IMG/VR virus record: IMGVR_UViG_3300032225_001111
Location: 1-59,412 of that record
From: a virus
Taxonomy: Duplodnaviria > Caudoviricetes
Strand: one strand, 5' to 3'
DNA: 59,412 nucleotides
The position numbers and the translations under genes are program-made. The notes beneath the pieces are model-generated. The model saw only the letters and a list, made by a program, of their open reading frames with translations. It made no database searches and was not told the DNA's origin. Each line of letters opens with the position of its first letter. The first letter of the stretch is position 1. Shown piece after piece: positions 20,134 through 29,810 of the stretch.

Positions 20134-20165
20134 TTATTGCCTAACAGGAAGTTATACTAAATCCC

Positions 20166-20456
20166 ATGACCCTGCCTCAAATCATTGCGACAGTCAGCGC
20201 AACGTTGGCAGGTCTAGTATCGTTTCATTTCCTCTTTACTAGAATGGTTTGGAATCCCGTGAAAAAATCCCTTATAGAAGAAATGAAAGCCGAGTTAGAT
20301 TGCCGCCTAAACCCAATACTCAGATTAGTGTCGCAATTGGAAACCAACGGGGGATCGCACCTTGCTGATAGACTCATCAGGGTGGAAGAACGTCAGGCTG
20401 GGGTAATGACTCGCCTAGATGATCTATTCGACCTCGTAAAGTCACAGAAGGAGTAA
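20166..20456 (+). CDS. Membrane protein with N-terminal TM and coiled coil (lysis-associated?)
   Basis: Hydrophobic N-terminus; NGGSHLAD motif; leaderless TATACT. Confidence 0.65.
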   Translation: MTLPQIIATVSATLAGLVSFHFLFTRMVWNPVKKSLIEEMKAELDCRLNPILRLVSQLETNGGSHLADRLIRVEERQAGVMTRLDDLFDLVKSQKE

Positions 20457-20458
20457 AA

Positions 20459-20758
20459 ATGAGTTTATCAATGAAGGCAATGATCGATTCTTATGTTCGC
20501 AACTTGATCGGCGCTGCTGTTTCAGCAATTGCGATCGTTGGACATGGCGCAAGCCCACTTACTTTCACAGCCTCACAATGGGCTGACGTTTCAAACGCAC
20601 TTTGGGCATCTTTGATCCCCGTCGTCTTGCGCTACATCAATAAGAAAGACCCTGCATTTGGCAAGGTCGCCGCCCCACTTCTTGAAGAAGCAAAAAAGAC
20701 AACTGCTAAGGCGATCAAAAAGACAACCAAGAAAGCACCAGCAAAGAAAACCAAGTAA
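20459..20758 (+). CDS. Holin-like protein
   Basis: Two hydrophobic segments; PVVLRYIN.KD.AFG; basic C-terminal tail. Confidence 0.6.
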   Translation: MSLSMKAMIDSYVRNLIGAAVSAIAIVGHGASPLTFTASQWADVSNALWASLIPVVLRYINKKDPAFGKVAAPLLEEAKKTTAKAIKKTTKKAPAKKTK

Positions 20759-20780
20759 CTTTTAGCAAAGGGCGTTTACT

Positions 20781-23777
20781 ATGAGCATTACAAGTTCCTC
20801 AACTGGTGTCAATCAAACATTCGTACCAGTCGAGCCTCTCTACGACCCTGTAAATAAATTCCGCACATCTCAACCACAAGCGTTGATCGATACTGACTTT
20901 GAATACGGCACACAAGTTTCAAAGTGGGAAAATCTAGGACACGTCAATAATCGTCCATTTACTTATGCGTCAACACAACAAATCCCTAACGTAACCGCTA
21001 TGGTATGGAATGCTGGTTCACGTCTTGTTACTGTAACTCTTGGCACAGGTATAGCACCTGCAAATGGAACTCCTATTTTTGTTCAAGACGCGCTCGCTTC
21101 CCCTGTCAATGGTAACTTCATCATCGAACAAGGTGGCGGAACGGGTGTTTTTTATTTCTCAGCACGATCAACAAACTCAACATCATTCACTAGCGTCTTT
21201 GATCCATACAAAACCGCGCTCTATACAGGAACTCCTTACTCAGGTTCAGCATTGCCAACTGGTTACTACGTTACTTTAGGCATAACAAATCCAAAAGCGG
21301 TAACTGTTCAATGCACTACACCTCATGGTTTGGCAATTGGTAATGAACTTGTTGTAACTGGAATTACTGGTTCAAACCCGCCTAACGGTGCATTTGAAGT
21401 AGCATCTGTTCTCAATCCTTTGACTTTTACTTATTATGTGAGCACAACGCCATCCTCTTTGAATACAACGTCAATGAACGTTTATGTTCGCGGGCAAGCC
21501 CAGTTTTTACATCGACCATTTGACGGCGGCGTAATTTTTTCCGCTAATGGCAACTCAAATTATGAAACTGCTATTCGTCAAACTCGACGTTATTTCCGCT
21601 ATCAATCAGGTAAAGGTATTCAAATGTCTTCGGGAACAATTTTGAAGCCTAATCTTCAAATTGATTCAATGACTACAAATGCGCTCACTGCAAATAACAC
21701 AGTTACAGTTACAACTAAAGAACGTCATAATTTGCAAACGGGAACAACAATAAAAATTGAAGGCGTGACAAACGATACAGGTTTCAATGGAACATGGACA
21801 GTTTCAGCAATTACAGGTTACAACACATTTCAATTTATCAATTCAAATGCAATGACCGCGCTTACCGCAACAGGAGTGTTTTATGTTCTTGTTGTAGGGT
21901 GGTATGGCGCAAGTTCACGCTTAGGTTTGTTTGATGATCAAAACGGTGTTTTCTTTGAATTTGACGGTCAAACTATGTATGTTGTCCGACGTAACTCAAC
22001 ATTCCAATTGCCAGGACGATACTCAGTTTCTAATGGCTCAAATACTGTTTCACGCACAACCGCGTCTTTTCCAACTTACAATCTTGCTGAACTAAACATT
22101 GGTGATTCAGTTGTTATTCGTGGTCAAAGTTATCGAGTTCACGACATTGCCGACAATGAAAATTTTACGATCACACCAGCCTATCGCGGCACAAACGCAT
22201 CTCACGTTCAAATTTCATTGACTCGCGATTTACGAATTCCACAATCACAATGGAACTTAGATAAGTTAGATGGAACTGGACCATCAGGTTACAACCTTGA
22301 TCTTTCAAAGATGCAAATGTTTTACATTGATTATTCTTGGTATGGCGCTGGTTTTATTCGTTGGGGTTTTCGAACAACGGGTGGAAATTTAACGTATTGC
22401 CACAAACTTGCAAATAACAACGTCAACACAGAAGCCTACATGCGCTCAGGTAACTTACCTGCGCGTTATGAAACTCGTCAAAATCCACCCATTACAGCAC
22501 TTCGCAATGCAATCGCTTCGGGCGATGGCGTTGTGAACGTAGCAGATACGTCATCATTCCCAAATTCGGGAACAATTGTTGTCCGCAATGGAACAATTTA
22601 TGAGTTTATGAATTACGCAGGAAAAACTTCTACACAATTTACTGGCGTTACTCGAGAAAAAGCAGGAAACGTTGCGGGCGTCACTCTAACAATTGGTTCA
22701 GGATCAAATGTTGGAACAGTTGCAAGTGCGACAGGACTTCAAATCGGTCAACGAGTTTATGATTTAGCAACTGGCTACATCCCAGAAGGTGCATGGATTC
22801 AAAACATTGTAGGAACAACGATCACTTTGAACGTTGCCGCAACAGGATCAAACCCAACAGTTGTGTTTGCACCTATGGGCAATGGATACGCGTCTAACTT
22901 TGCATACACCGCGGGTGGAACACCGACATCAGTAGAACTTGCATGGCCGACTTTTGCCCCATCATTGTCTCACTGGGGAACATCGGTGATCATGGATGGA
23001 CGCTTTGATGATGATAAGTCGCTTCTCTTTACTTATGGTCAGACAGCGTTCACAACACTAGGACCATCAGGTGGTGTGACAGCAACCGCAACAATGAACG
23101 CCACAAACACTATTACTGTTACCAACCCGTTGATCGTTGCAGGTCAATCCGTTGTAGGAACTTACATCAATTCAGGAACAGTCGTTGTTTCAAACAACGG
23201 AACAACTGTCACTTTGAACCAAGCCGCATCAGGTTCGGGTTCTGCATCACTTACATTCTCAGGCGTGACAACAAAGGCACTTATGTCGATTCGCGTTGCG
23301 CCGTCAGTTGATAATGGTCAAATAGGACCATTTGGTTCTCGTGAATTGATCAACCGCATGCAATTAGTTCTTCGTGCGCTTGACGTGACAACTCGTACCG
23401 CATCATCTAACTTACTTGTAACAGCCGTTCTAAACGGTGTTCCAACAGGTTCAACATCATGGACAAACATTGTAAAAGGCGACACAACAGTTGCTAACTC
23501 ATCACTTGCACAAATCGCTGACTATGGTGGTGGTTCAACCATCGTAACTGGCGGTGAAGTAACTGGTGGATTCTTCCTCAATCAAACATCCTCAATTGAC
23601 CTTGCTCTCGTTCGAGATCTTGGTAACGCAATTTTGGGCGGTGGAATTTCAACAACATCAAACGCTGGCATCTATCCCGATGGACCCGACGTATTGACAA
23701 TTCTCGTAACTAATCTAGCAGGTGGCGCAACAGCAGACGTTGTATCGCGCCTCTCTTGGACAGAAGCACAGGCATAA
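20781..23777 (+). CDS. Large beta-rich virion structural/fibre protein
   Basis: 998 aa, Thr/Gly/Asn-rich; repeated HGL/HNL..G..I.I.G.......NG.F/W.V units. Confidence 0.7.
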   Translation: MSITSSSTGVNQTFVPVEPLYDPVNKFRTSQPQALIDTDFEYGTQVSKWENLGHVNNRPFTYASTQQIPNVTAMVWNAGSRLVTVTLGTGIAPANGTPIFVQDALASPVNGNFIIEQGGGTGVFYFSARSTNSTSFTSVFDPYKTALYTGTPYSGSALPTGYYVTLGITNPKAVTVQCTTPHGLAIGNELVVTGITGSNPPNGAFEVASVLNPLTFTYYVSTTPSSLNTTSMNVYVRGQAQFLHRPFDGGVIFSANGNSNYETAIRQTRRYFRYQSGKGIQMSSGTILKPNLQIDSMTTNALTANNTVTVTTKERHNLQTGTTIKIEGVTNDTGFNGTWTVSAITGYNTFQFINSNAMTALTATGVFYVLVVGWYGASSRLGLFDDQNGVFFEFDGQTMYVVRRNSTFQLPGRYSVSNGSNTVSRTTASFPTYNLAELNIGDSVVIRGQSYRVHDIADNENFTITPAYRGTNASHVQISLTRDLRIPQSQWNLDKLDGTGPSGYNLDLSKMQMFYIDYSWYGAGFIRWGFRTTGGNLTYCHKLANNNVNTEAYMRSGNLPARYETRQNPPITALRNAIASGDGVVNVADTSSFPNSGTIVVRNGTIYEFMNYAGKTSTQFTGVTREKAGNVAGVTLTIGSGSNVGTVASATGLQIGQRVYDLATGYIPEGAWIQNIVGTTITLNVAATGSNPTVVFAPMGNGYASNFAYTAGGTPTSVELAWPTFAPSLSHWGTSVIMDGRFDDDKSLLFTYGQTAFTTLGPSGGVTATATMNATNTITVTNPLIVAGQSVVGTYINSGTVVVSNNGTTVTLNQAASGSGSASLTFSGVTTKALMSIRVAPSVDNGQIGPFGSRELINRMQLVLRALDVTTRTASSNLLVTAVLNGVPTGSTSWTNIVKGDTTVANSSLAQIADYGGGSTIVTGGEVTGGFFLNQTSSIDLALVRDLGNAILGGGISTTSNAGIYPDGPDVLTILVTNLAGGATADVVSRLSWTEAQA

Positions 23778-23780
23778 AAA

Positions 23781-25931
23781 ATGAAGCGTTCTTCCCCCAA
23801 AGAGCGCAAAAAGATAGCCGCAGAGGTTATGCGATTATCTCCTTTGTTGCTCATTTTAGGTTCGTTGTTTGCCCCAGCACAAGACGCTAATGCGTCATGC
23901 GTAACAACAGCCCAAACTGTTGCGACCGCATCAACTGCGGCGAATGTATTGAATACACAAGTGCCTATAACAGGGTCAGAAACCGCAACAGCAACGCCCG
24001 TAATCGTTCAAGACACCTGCGGTGGTGACGATGTTTCATACCAAGTCGCACTACCAACAGCAATCAATTTTCAAGGAACTGAATACAACGCTGTCTATGC
24101 AACAACTAACTCTACAATCGTCTTTGGTCGTCAAGATAATGACTTTGCAAACTTTCCGCGCACACCATCAATTTCAGTCAATGCCTACGACTGGGTAGTT
24201 CTTGATCCCGCAAACCCTAATCCTTCAAATGCTTATCCTGCGGGTTGGCGAGCGCCTGATGAACATTTGATCATCAGTTCAAGTCAAGCAGGGTTTCAAG
24301 TTGATTTAGCAGTTCGACCTTATGGCGTAAATGCCGCAGGTGTGCCTCTTTCAACAATTGTGGTAACTGCCGCGATCAATACAGACAATACTTTGACGAT
24401 CACTTACTTATCTGATGTTCAACAAGGCTTGAATACTCGAACAGGCGTTCGCTTGCCTGATGGTCGAGTTGTGACTTTAGCAGAGGCAGGAATGACAAGA
24501 GTTTATGTTGCGCCTGTTGTGACAGCAGAGGCAGTTCAACCTGCCCCTATTCCTTCTCCCACTCCGACAGAATCCGCTCCAACTCCAAGTCAATCGCCGA
24601 GTCCAAATCCGACCCCAACTGCATCCCCCGCGCCGTCACCCTCATCGACTCCTGCGCCTTCTCCAAGTCCGACGCCATCTTCCACACAGTCGCCAGTTGT
24701 AGAACCTTCACCAACCCCCACACCAACATCGTTGCCAACAACAACGCCGACACCCATACCATCTCCATTGCCTACCCCTTCCCCATCGCCTTCGAGCGTT
24801 CCTGATCCAACGCCATCTCCAAGTCAGACTCCCGTAGTCGAGCCTTCGCCAACGCCGACTCCGCAACCATTACCCTCGACCGCTCCAACATCAACGCCGA
24901 CTCCTGCGCCCGTTCCCGATCCCGCACCTGTTCCAAATCAACCTTCAAGTCCACAACCGCCAGTTGTAAGACCCGAACCGACTCCGCAACCCGTTCCAGC
25001 CGAGCCATCGGTGACTCCCGATCCGATTCCCGTACCACAGCCCGAACCTGCCCCTGTTCCACAGCCTGAGCCTGTTCCTGCGCCCGAACCCGCACCCGTC
25101 GACGCAACACCTATACCAACCCCTGAAACAGCCCCAGAACCAGCACCAGAACCCCCAGCAGAGCCAATGCCAGCCCCAGCCGACCCAATGCCCGTCGACC
25201 CCGCGCCGTTGCCTCAGCCTGAACCGCAAGACCCAGCACCAGCAGAAGAACCACCTGCAATACCACAAGAACCTTTGCCAATAGACCCACCTCCTGCCCA
25301 AAATGATAATCCACCAGCACCAGTTCCACAAGACCCGCCACCAGCACCGAACGACACTCCACCGCCAGTTGAGTTGATCGAAAATCTAAGTGCTAATCAG
25401 TTCCATGAGGAACTAGCGGCTGACAATGTTTCAATCGAACAATACAAAGCGATCGGACTTGCACCTAACAGTCCTGATCAGTTGCCTGAATTTACGCCAA
25501 AAGAAGCACCAGCAGAAAAACTTGTTGCACACATTCAAGAAGACAAAGCGGGTGTTGAAAATGGTGGTATTGAATTCTTTGGAACAAAATCGCAACCGCA
25601 AGTGATCGGTGAAGATGGTCAATTGACTCCACCACCACCAGCACCAGGTTCAGGCGATCCAATCCCACCTGATGCGATCACTCTTGCCGAAACATTTATT
25701 GGTCAAGTTGGTGGCGTTACATTCAACGCACCCGACGTAGCCGTTCCAGTATTACCGATCGAAGTAAACATTGACATTCCGGGTGTTGGTCAAGCCGCAC
25801 AAGCGGTTGCTGATGCCTATGTTGCGCTCGCAAACATCGGAAACGACATGTCGCCTGTTACGAGAAAGAAGGCGAAGAAGATACTCGTTGCTACACTTGT
25901 CGGTGGCATCGTTCTAAGGAGAAAACCATGA
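23781..25931 (+). CDS. Exported, Pro-rich, C-terminally anchored surface protein
   Basis: Signal peptide ending ...AQDANA; about 280 aa of PSPT/PEP repeats; C-terminal ILVATLVGGIVL followed by RRKP. Confidence 0.8.
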   Translation: MKRSSPKERKKIAAEVMRLSPLLLILGSLFAPAQDANASCVTTAQTVATASTAANVLNTQVPITGSETATATPVIVQDTCGGDDVSYQVALPTAINFQGTEYNAVYATTNSTIVFGRQDNDFANFPRTPSISVNAYDWVVLDPANPNPSNAYPAGWRAPDEHLIISSSQAGFQVDLAVRPYGVNAAGVPLSTIVVTAAINTDNTLTITYLSDVQQGLNTRTGVRLPDGRVVTLAEAGMTRVYVAPVVTAEAVQPAPIPSPTPTESAPTPSQSPSPNPTPTASPAPSPSSTPAPSPSPTPSSTQSPVVEPSPTPTPTSLPTTTPTPIPSPLPTPSPSPSSVPDPTPSPSQTPVVEPSPTPTPQPLPSTAPTSTPTPAPVPDPAPVPNQPSSPQPPVVRPEPTPQPVPAEPSVTPDPIPVPQPEPAPVPQPEPVPAPEPAPVDATPIPTPETAPEPAPEPPAEPMPAPADPMPVDPAPLPQPEPQDPAPAEEPPAIPQEPLPIDPPPAQNDNPPAPVPQDPPPAPNDTPPPVELIENLSANQFHEELAADNVSIEQYKAIGLAPNSPDQLPEFTPKEAPAEKLVAHIQEDKAGVENGGIEFFGTKSQPQVIGEDGQLTPPPPAPGSGDPIPPDAITLAETFIGQVGGVTFNAPDVAVPVLPIEVNIDIPGVGQAAQAVADAYVALANIGNDMSPVTRKKAKKILVATLVGGIVLRRKP

Positions 25932-26098
25932 AAGACTTTATTAGTGACCTTGCCTCACAGATTTGGACATTTGTAGGACTATTCGTAGGCTGGTTAGTTC
26001 TTACAGGATCAGCAAAAACAGTTGTGGGGTATGCAAACATCATTGCCATTGTGCTTTGGGTTGCAACCTTCCCTATTCGTCGGGATAAAGAAGAATGA
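25928..26098 (+). CDS. 56-aa two-TM membrane protein (not in ORF track)
   Basis: MKDFISDLASQIWTFVGLFVGWLVLTGSAKTVVGYANIIAIVLWVATFPIRRDKEE; ATGA overlaps on both sides. Confidence 0.75.
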   Translation: MKDFISDLASQIWTFVGLFVGWLVLTGSAKTVVGYANIIAIVLWVATFPIRRDKEE

Positions 26099-26334
26099 AA
26101 AATCTCAATAACATTTTGATGAGAATTGTTGCTGTATTTGCGGCATCAGGACTTTCAGTAATAGGTGCGGGTGCTGTTGTAGGCATTAGCACGATCAAAG
26201 CAGTAATTCTTGCTGGAACACTAGGCGTTGCCTCAGTCGTTGAAGCACTTGCTCGCGGATTCCTTGATGATGGCAAACTAAGCATGCAAGAGATCAATGA
26301 CGCATTTACTAAGGTTGATAAGCGAGCAAAGTAA
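26095..26334 (+). CDS. Small membrane protein
   Basis: Hydrophobic N-terminal half; DDGKLS..EI..AF tail. Confidence 0.75.
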   Translation: MKNLNNILMRIVAVFAASGLSVIGAGAVVGISTIKAVILAGTLGVASVVEALARGFLDDGKLSMQEINDAFTKVDKRAK

Positions 26335-26477
26335 TGGCAAAACGTCGCAAAGAAGGAAGAACTAAGCATCCTTTCAATGACACGATCATTCGTGACGGGT
26401 GGATTGTAAAAATCCGCAAAGACGGTAGGATAAAGGCTAAGATCGAACGTTATCTACCAAATCATAAGAAAGGCTGA
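26334..26477 (+). CDS. 47-aa basic protein (not in ORF track)
   Basis: MAKRRKEGRTKHPFNDTIIRDGWIVKIRKDGRIK...; TAATG overlap. Confidence 0.6.
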   Translation: MAKRRKEGRTKHPFNDTIIRDGWIVKIRKDGRIKAKIERYLPNHKKG

Positions 26478-26479
26478 TC

Positions 26480-26947
26480 ATGGCTTTAGATGTAAAGAAA
26501 TTACTCGCCCTTTGCGAAGCATCACTTGGCTATCAAGAAGGCACAAATAACGACACCACTTTTGGTAAGTGGTTTGGGTTGAATAATCAACCTTGGTGCG
26601 CAATGTCAGCATCAAAGATGTTTTTTGACGCAGGTTCAATTGAATCAATTGCAAACACTAAAAAAGGTTTTGCGTCATGCGACGCATGGATGAAGTATCT
26701 TGCAAAGAACAACCAACTTGTTCCAGTAGGACAAGCACAGGCTGGCGATGTTGTTTTCTTTCAGTTTGATGAAGATGCAGAACCCGATCATGTTGGTATT
26801 GTCAAAGGCAACAACACTACTTTGAAATACATTTACTCTTATGAGGGAAATACGTCAGCAGACAAAGGTAGTCAATCAAATGGTGACGGTTACTATTTGA
26901 AGAAGCGCGGTTATGGTTTGATCATGGCAGTTGGTCGCCCAAAGTAA
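26480..26947 (+). CDS. Endolysin, CHAP domain
   Basis: PWCAM, AGDVVFF, DHVGIV and EGNT catalytic motifs. Confidence 0.9.
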   Translation: MALDVKKLLALCEASLGYQEGTNNDTTFGKWFGLNNQPWCAMSASKMFFDAGSIESIANTKKGFASCDAWMKYLAKNNQLVPVGQAQAGDVVFFQFDEDAEPDHVGIVKGNNTTLKYIYSYEGNTSADKGSQSNGDGYYLKKRGYGLIMAVGRPK

Positions 26948-26956
26948 CATTCAAAA

Positions 26957-26994
26957 GAGAAAGCCCCTTTATCTCACGATAGAGGGGCTTTCTC
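26957..26994. terminator. Long hairpin ending the late operon
   Basis: GAGAAAGCCCCTTTATC-TCAC-GATAGAGGGGCTTTCTC. Confidence 0.7.
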
Positions 26995-27080
26995 ATGCAA
27001 CCGCCAACTGAATGGCTACCACGAAGTCGCGACTCGCAGTATGTCAGAGGTGACATGTAAATTGCAATTCGTGTCAATGG

Positions 27081-27109
27081 TTGTTTATTTACTAAACGGG
27101 CATTATGTT
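27081..27109 (+). promoter_or_regulatory. Promoter of the recombination module
   Basis: TTGTTT-N17-TATGTT with CTAAACGGGCATTATG resembling the repeated promoter family. Confidence 0.55.
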
Positions 27110-27155
27110 TCGAAAGTCGAAAGACACTCCAACTAACCACGAAAGGAGACAACAA

Positions 27156-27659
27156 ATGAATCTACGCGAAACCGCTTTGCGACTAGCCGCAATTACAGTT
27201 GTGGCAGATGCCGCGAAAGATGCGAAAGACAGGCTCCGTGATCAATTTGCAGAACAGTTGAACGCTGTTGGTGCAGATGCCGCGAAAGCCTCGCTCGACG
27301 ATACGGAAGTTGCGAAAGTTTCTCTTGTTAGTCCAAAAGCAAGTGCAACAGTAGTTCATGAAACAGCGTTCATTGAGTTCGTTGAAAAAATCATGCCTAC
27401 GGAAATTGTCAAATCAGTTCGCGATAGTTACAAGAAACATTTTCTTGAAAACTGCATCAGCGTTGATGGACAAACAATCTACACGCCAACAGGTGAGGTT
27501 TTGAACTTCATCAGTTTCAAGAATCGTGAATCATACGTTTCTTGCCGTTTCGCAACAGGTGGTCGAGAGATCATCGCTGACGCGTTCCGATCAGGCACAT
27601 TAAATCCAGCACAGTTACTCGATGATGCGCCAGCAGAAATTGAGGTAGCAAATGTCTGA
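27156..27659 (+). CDS. Hypothetical protein of the recombination module
   Basis: GAAAGGAG RBS supports ATG 27156 over 27105. Confidence 0.75.
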   Translation: MNLRETALRLAAITVVADAAKDAKDRLRDQFAEQLNAVGADAAKASLDDTEVAKVSLVSPKASATVVHETAFIEFVEKIMPTEIVKSVRDSYKKHFLENCISVDGQTIYTPTGEVLNFISFKNRESYVSCRFATGGREIIADAFRSGTLNPAQLLDDAPAEIEVANV

Positions 27660-28290
27660 TCAAAAACCAACCATTCATGAGTCATTGGCAAAAGTCATGG
27701 CAAGCGTTTCGTCAGTTGCCAAGAAAGACAAAAACACCTCGCAAGGTTTCAATTTTCGCGGGATCGATGCTGTTCTCAATGCAGTAGCCCCTGCCTTGCG
27801 CGAACATGGTGTGATCGTTATGCCTAAAGTCACATGGCATGACTACAAAACAGTAGAAGTCGGACAAAAGCGCACTCAAATGGCTCACGTCATAGTTTCT
27901 GTTCAATACACATTCACAGGACAAGCAGGAGATTCGATCGAATGTCAAGTGTTAGGTGAAGCAATGGACTCGGGCGATAAGGCAGTTGCTAAAGCAATGT
28001 CGGTTGCGTTTCGTATTGCATTACTTCAAGCACTCGCATTACCGACGGACGAACCTGATCCTGACTCATACAGTTATGAGCGTTCTGAAGCAAAACCTGA
28101 AGCAACAATCGAACAAGTTGAAGAATGGAAAATGCGTATTGCAGACGCGGTTGATGGAAAAGTCCTCGAATTTATCAGACAAGAACTGACTAACTTCGGA
28201 TTCACAGATGAACTTCGAAATGATCTTGCATCTGTCTACACGACACGCTTACGCGACCTACAAACCCCAAAGGTCACACAAACACAGTAA
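27652..28290 (+). CDS. ERF-family ssDNA annealing protein
   Basis: FNFRGID.V...GEAMDSGDKA..KAMS.A.R.AL...PTDEPDPD. Confidence 0.88.
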   Translation: MSDQKPTIHESLAKVMASVSSVAKKDKNTSQGFNFRGIDAVLNAVAPALREHGVIVMPKVTWHDYKTVEVGQKRTQMAHVIVSVQYTFTGQAGDSIECQVLGEAMDSGDKAVAKAMSVAFRIALLQALALPTDEPDPDSYSYERSEAKPEATIEQVEEWKMRIADAVDGKVLEFIRQELTNFGFTDELRNDLASVYTTRLRDLQTPKVTQTQ

Positions 28291-28306
28291 GAGATGTTGT
28301 AACGTT

Positions 28307-28347
28307 CGCGCCCCCTCGGAAATAGTTTCTAGGGGGCGCGTTCTTTT
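28307..28347 (+). terminator. Intrinsic terminator-like hairpin
   Basis: CGCGCCCCCT/AGGGGGCGCG stem followed by TTCTTTT. Confidence 0.7.
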
Positions 28348-28369
28348 ATGCCCTTAGAAAGGCACGAAA

Positions 28370-28649
28370 CTTCTAGCACGACTCATCCTCGTGTTACCCC
28401 GTCAGATGGGCGAGTTTTGCTTTGCAATGATGATGTAGAGCGTAGCGGTAACACGATAAGCCGCGAACATAATTGAGGTGTCTAATACGAGTTGCCTAGA
28501 CATGATCACAAGTCAATTATGTAAATAGCGCAACTGTTGTATTTGTAGTGAATACGACCTATTGACATGACCGCACCGACGGGTGACGAGAAGTTAGAGA
28601 TAGATCAGGACAAGGCTATCTCTAATCACGCCCTCTGGGTTCGTAGAAG
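28370..28649 (+). ncRNA. Unidentified large structured non-coding element (candidate ncRNA or origin)
   Basis: No ORF of 60 aa or more; three perfect 10-bp stems, a 5'/3' closing stem, three loop-loop complementarities; G-U pairs favour the + strand. Confidence 0.6.
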
Positions 28650-28681
28650 CCACAAGCCTAGATAGATGATAAAGTTATCAA

Positions 28682-29092
28682 GTGCTACAAAAACCAACCC
28701 GCAAATCGCCTGCAAAACGTTCTACTGGTCCTACTAAAATGGTTCGTGAGATAGTTCTTGATCGGGCTAAACACAGTTGCGAACGTTGCGGCAATCTTCT
28801 TGGCATGAACATGTTTTACTCAATACATCATCGAATTCCTAGAGGCATGGGCGGCTCTGATCGCGCTGAACTCAATTTGCCATCAAACCTTATGGCACTA
28901 TGTGGATCAGGCACTACGGGGTGTCATGGCTGGATTGAGTCAAATCGATCTTCGTCTTATGAAGACGGCTGGTTGTGCTATCGAAATGATGATCCCGCAA
29001 CAGTCATGGTCAAAATAGCAAATCCTCAACAGACTGGTGATAGGTTTCAGTATGTCTTTCTCACAGATGACGGAACATACAAACCCGCCTAA
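28682..29092 (+). CDS. HNH endonuclease
   Basis: CERC...IHHRIPRGMGG...NLMALCGSGTTGCH; leaderless TGnTAAAGT promoter. Confidence 0.85.
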   Translation: MLQKPTRKSPAKRSTGPTKMVREIVLDRAKHSCERCGNLLGMNMFYSIHHRIPRGMGGSDRAELNLPSNLMALCGSGTTGCHGWIESNRSSSYEDGWLCYRNDDPATVMVKIANPQQTGDRFQYVFLTDDGTYKPA

Positions 29093-29522
29093 ACCTTGTT
29101 CAACCTGCGGCGCGTTTTCGGGTGATCAATGCGTTGACGGATGTTCGACTCAAATGATCACTTATCGAATTGAATACGGCTCTCGACCTTGGACAACCAA
29201 TAGCGAGCGCGCTGGTAATCGTTGGGAACGTGCAAAAAATGTCAAAGAGTGGCGAGAAGCATTTTTTTATTTAGCAAAAGCACAAAAGATTCCCAAACTC
29301 AAATGGGCAACGATCACAATTGAACCTTGGCAAAAAGGCGGCGTGTTTCAAGATGTTGCGTCATGCAATCCTGCATCAAAAGCGGCAATTGATGGAATCG
29401 TTGATGCTGGTGTGCTTGACGATGACTCTCCGCAGTATCTAAGATCAGTCACATTCCTTCGACCACAACGCGGGAAAAATGCTATGGTTCTCTACCTACA
29501 TGGGGTTACGCAAGAGGGGTAA
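29067..29522 (+). CDS. RusA-like Holliday junction resolvase
   Basis: DVASCNPASKAAIDGIVDAGVLDDDS acidic motif; start uncertain. Confidence 0.75.
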   Translation: MTEHTNPPKPCSTCGAFSGDQCVDGCSTQMITYRIEYGSRPWTTNSERAGNRWERAKNVKEWREAFFYLAKAQKIPKLKWATITIEPWQKGGVFQDVASCNPASKAAIDGIVDAGVLDDDSPQYLRSVTFLRPQRGKNAMVLYLHGVTQEG

Positions 29523-29525
29523 TAA

Positions 29526-29810
29526 ATGACTATAAGAGAAGTTGTAATTTTGAAATCAGGGCAAGATGGTCTTGATCGTGTTGCATCAATAACCAAAGAA
29601 ATGCGTGAACACCAAGAAGCAATTGCACGTCTGAGCAAAGATAGAAAAGACGTTGTTGTTGCGCTTCGAAGTCAGTATGGATCAACAGAGTCAGAGGAAC
29701 GAATTACGTTCAAAAAAATTGCAGAGGCTATGGGAACAACTGATCAAAGCGTCTACAAAATTCTATTTCCCCCTACAACGAAAAAGAAAAAAGATTCGAA
29801 CGCTGAATGA
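29526..29810 (+). CDS. HTH DNA-binding protein
   Basis: ITFKKIAEAMGTTDQSVYKIL. Confidence 0.75.
   Translation: MTIREVVILKSGQDGLDRVASITKEMREHQEAIARLSKDRKDVVVALRSQYGSTESEERITFKKIAEAMGTTDQSVYKILFPPTTKKKKDSNAE

Noticed and set aside
24547-25362. Minus-strand Trp/Gly/Val-rich ORFs
   Set aside because: Shadow frames of the Pro-rich repeat, with no RBS or promoter support
28370-29092. Group I intron or HEARO/omega-RNA + IscB element
   Set aside because: No interrupted host gene and no recognisable P7 core. The HNH is only 136 aa, lacks RuvC and has its own leaderless promoter. Kept only as an unclassified RNA
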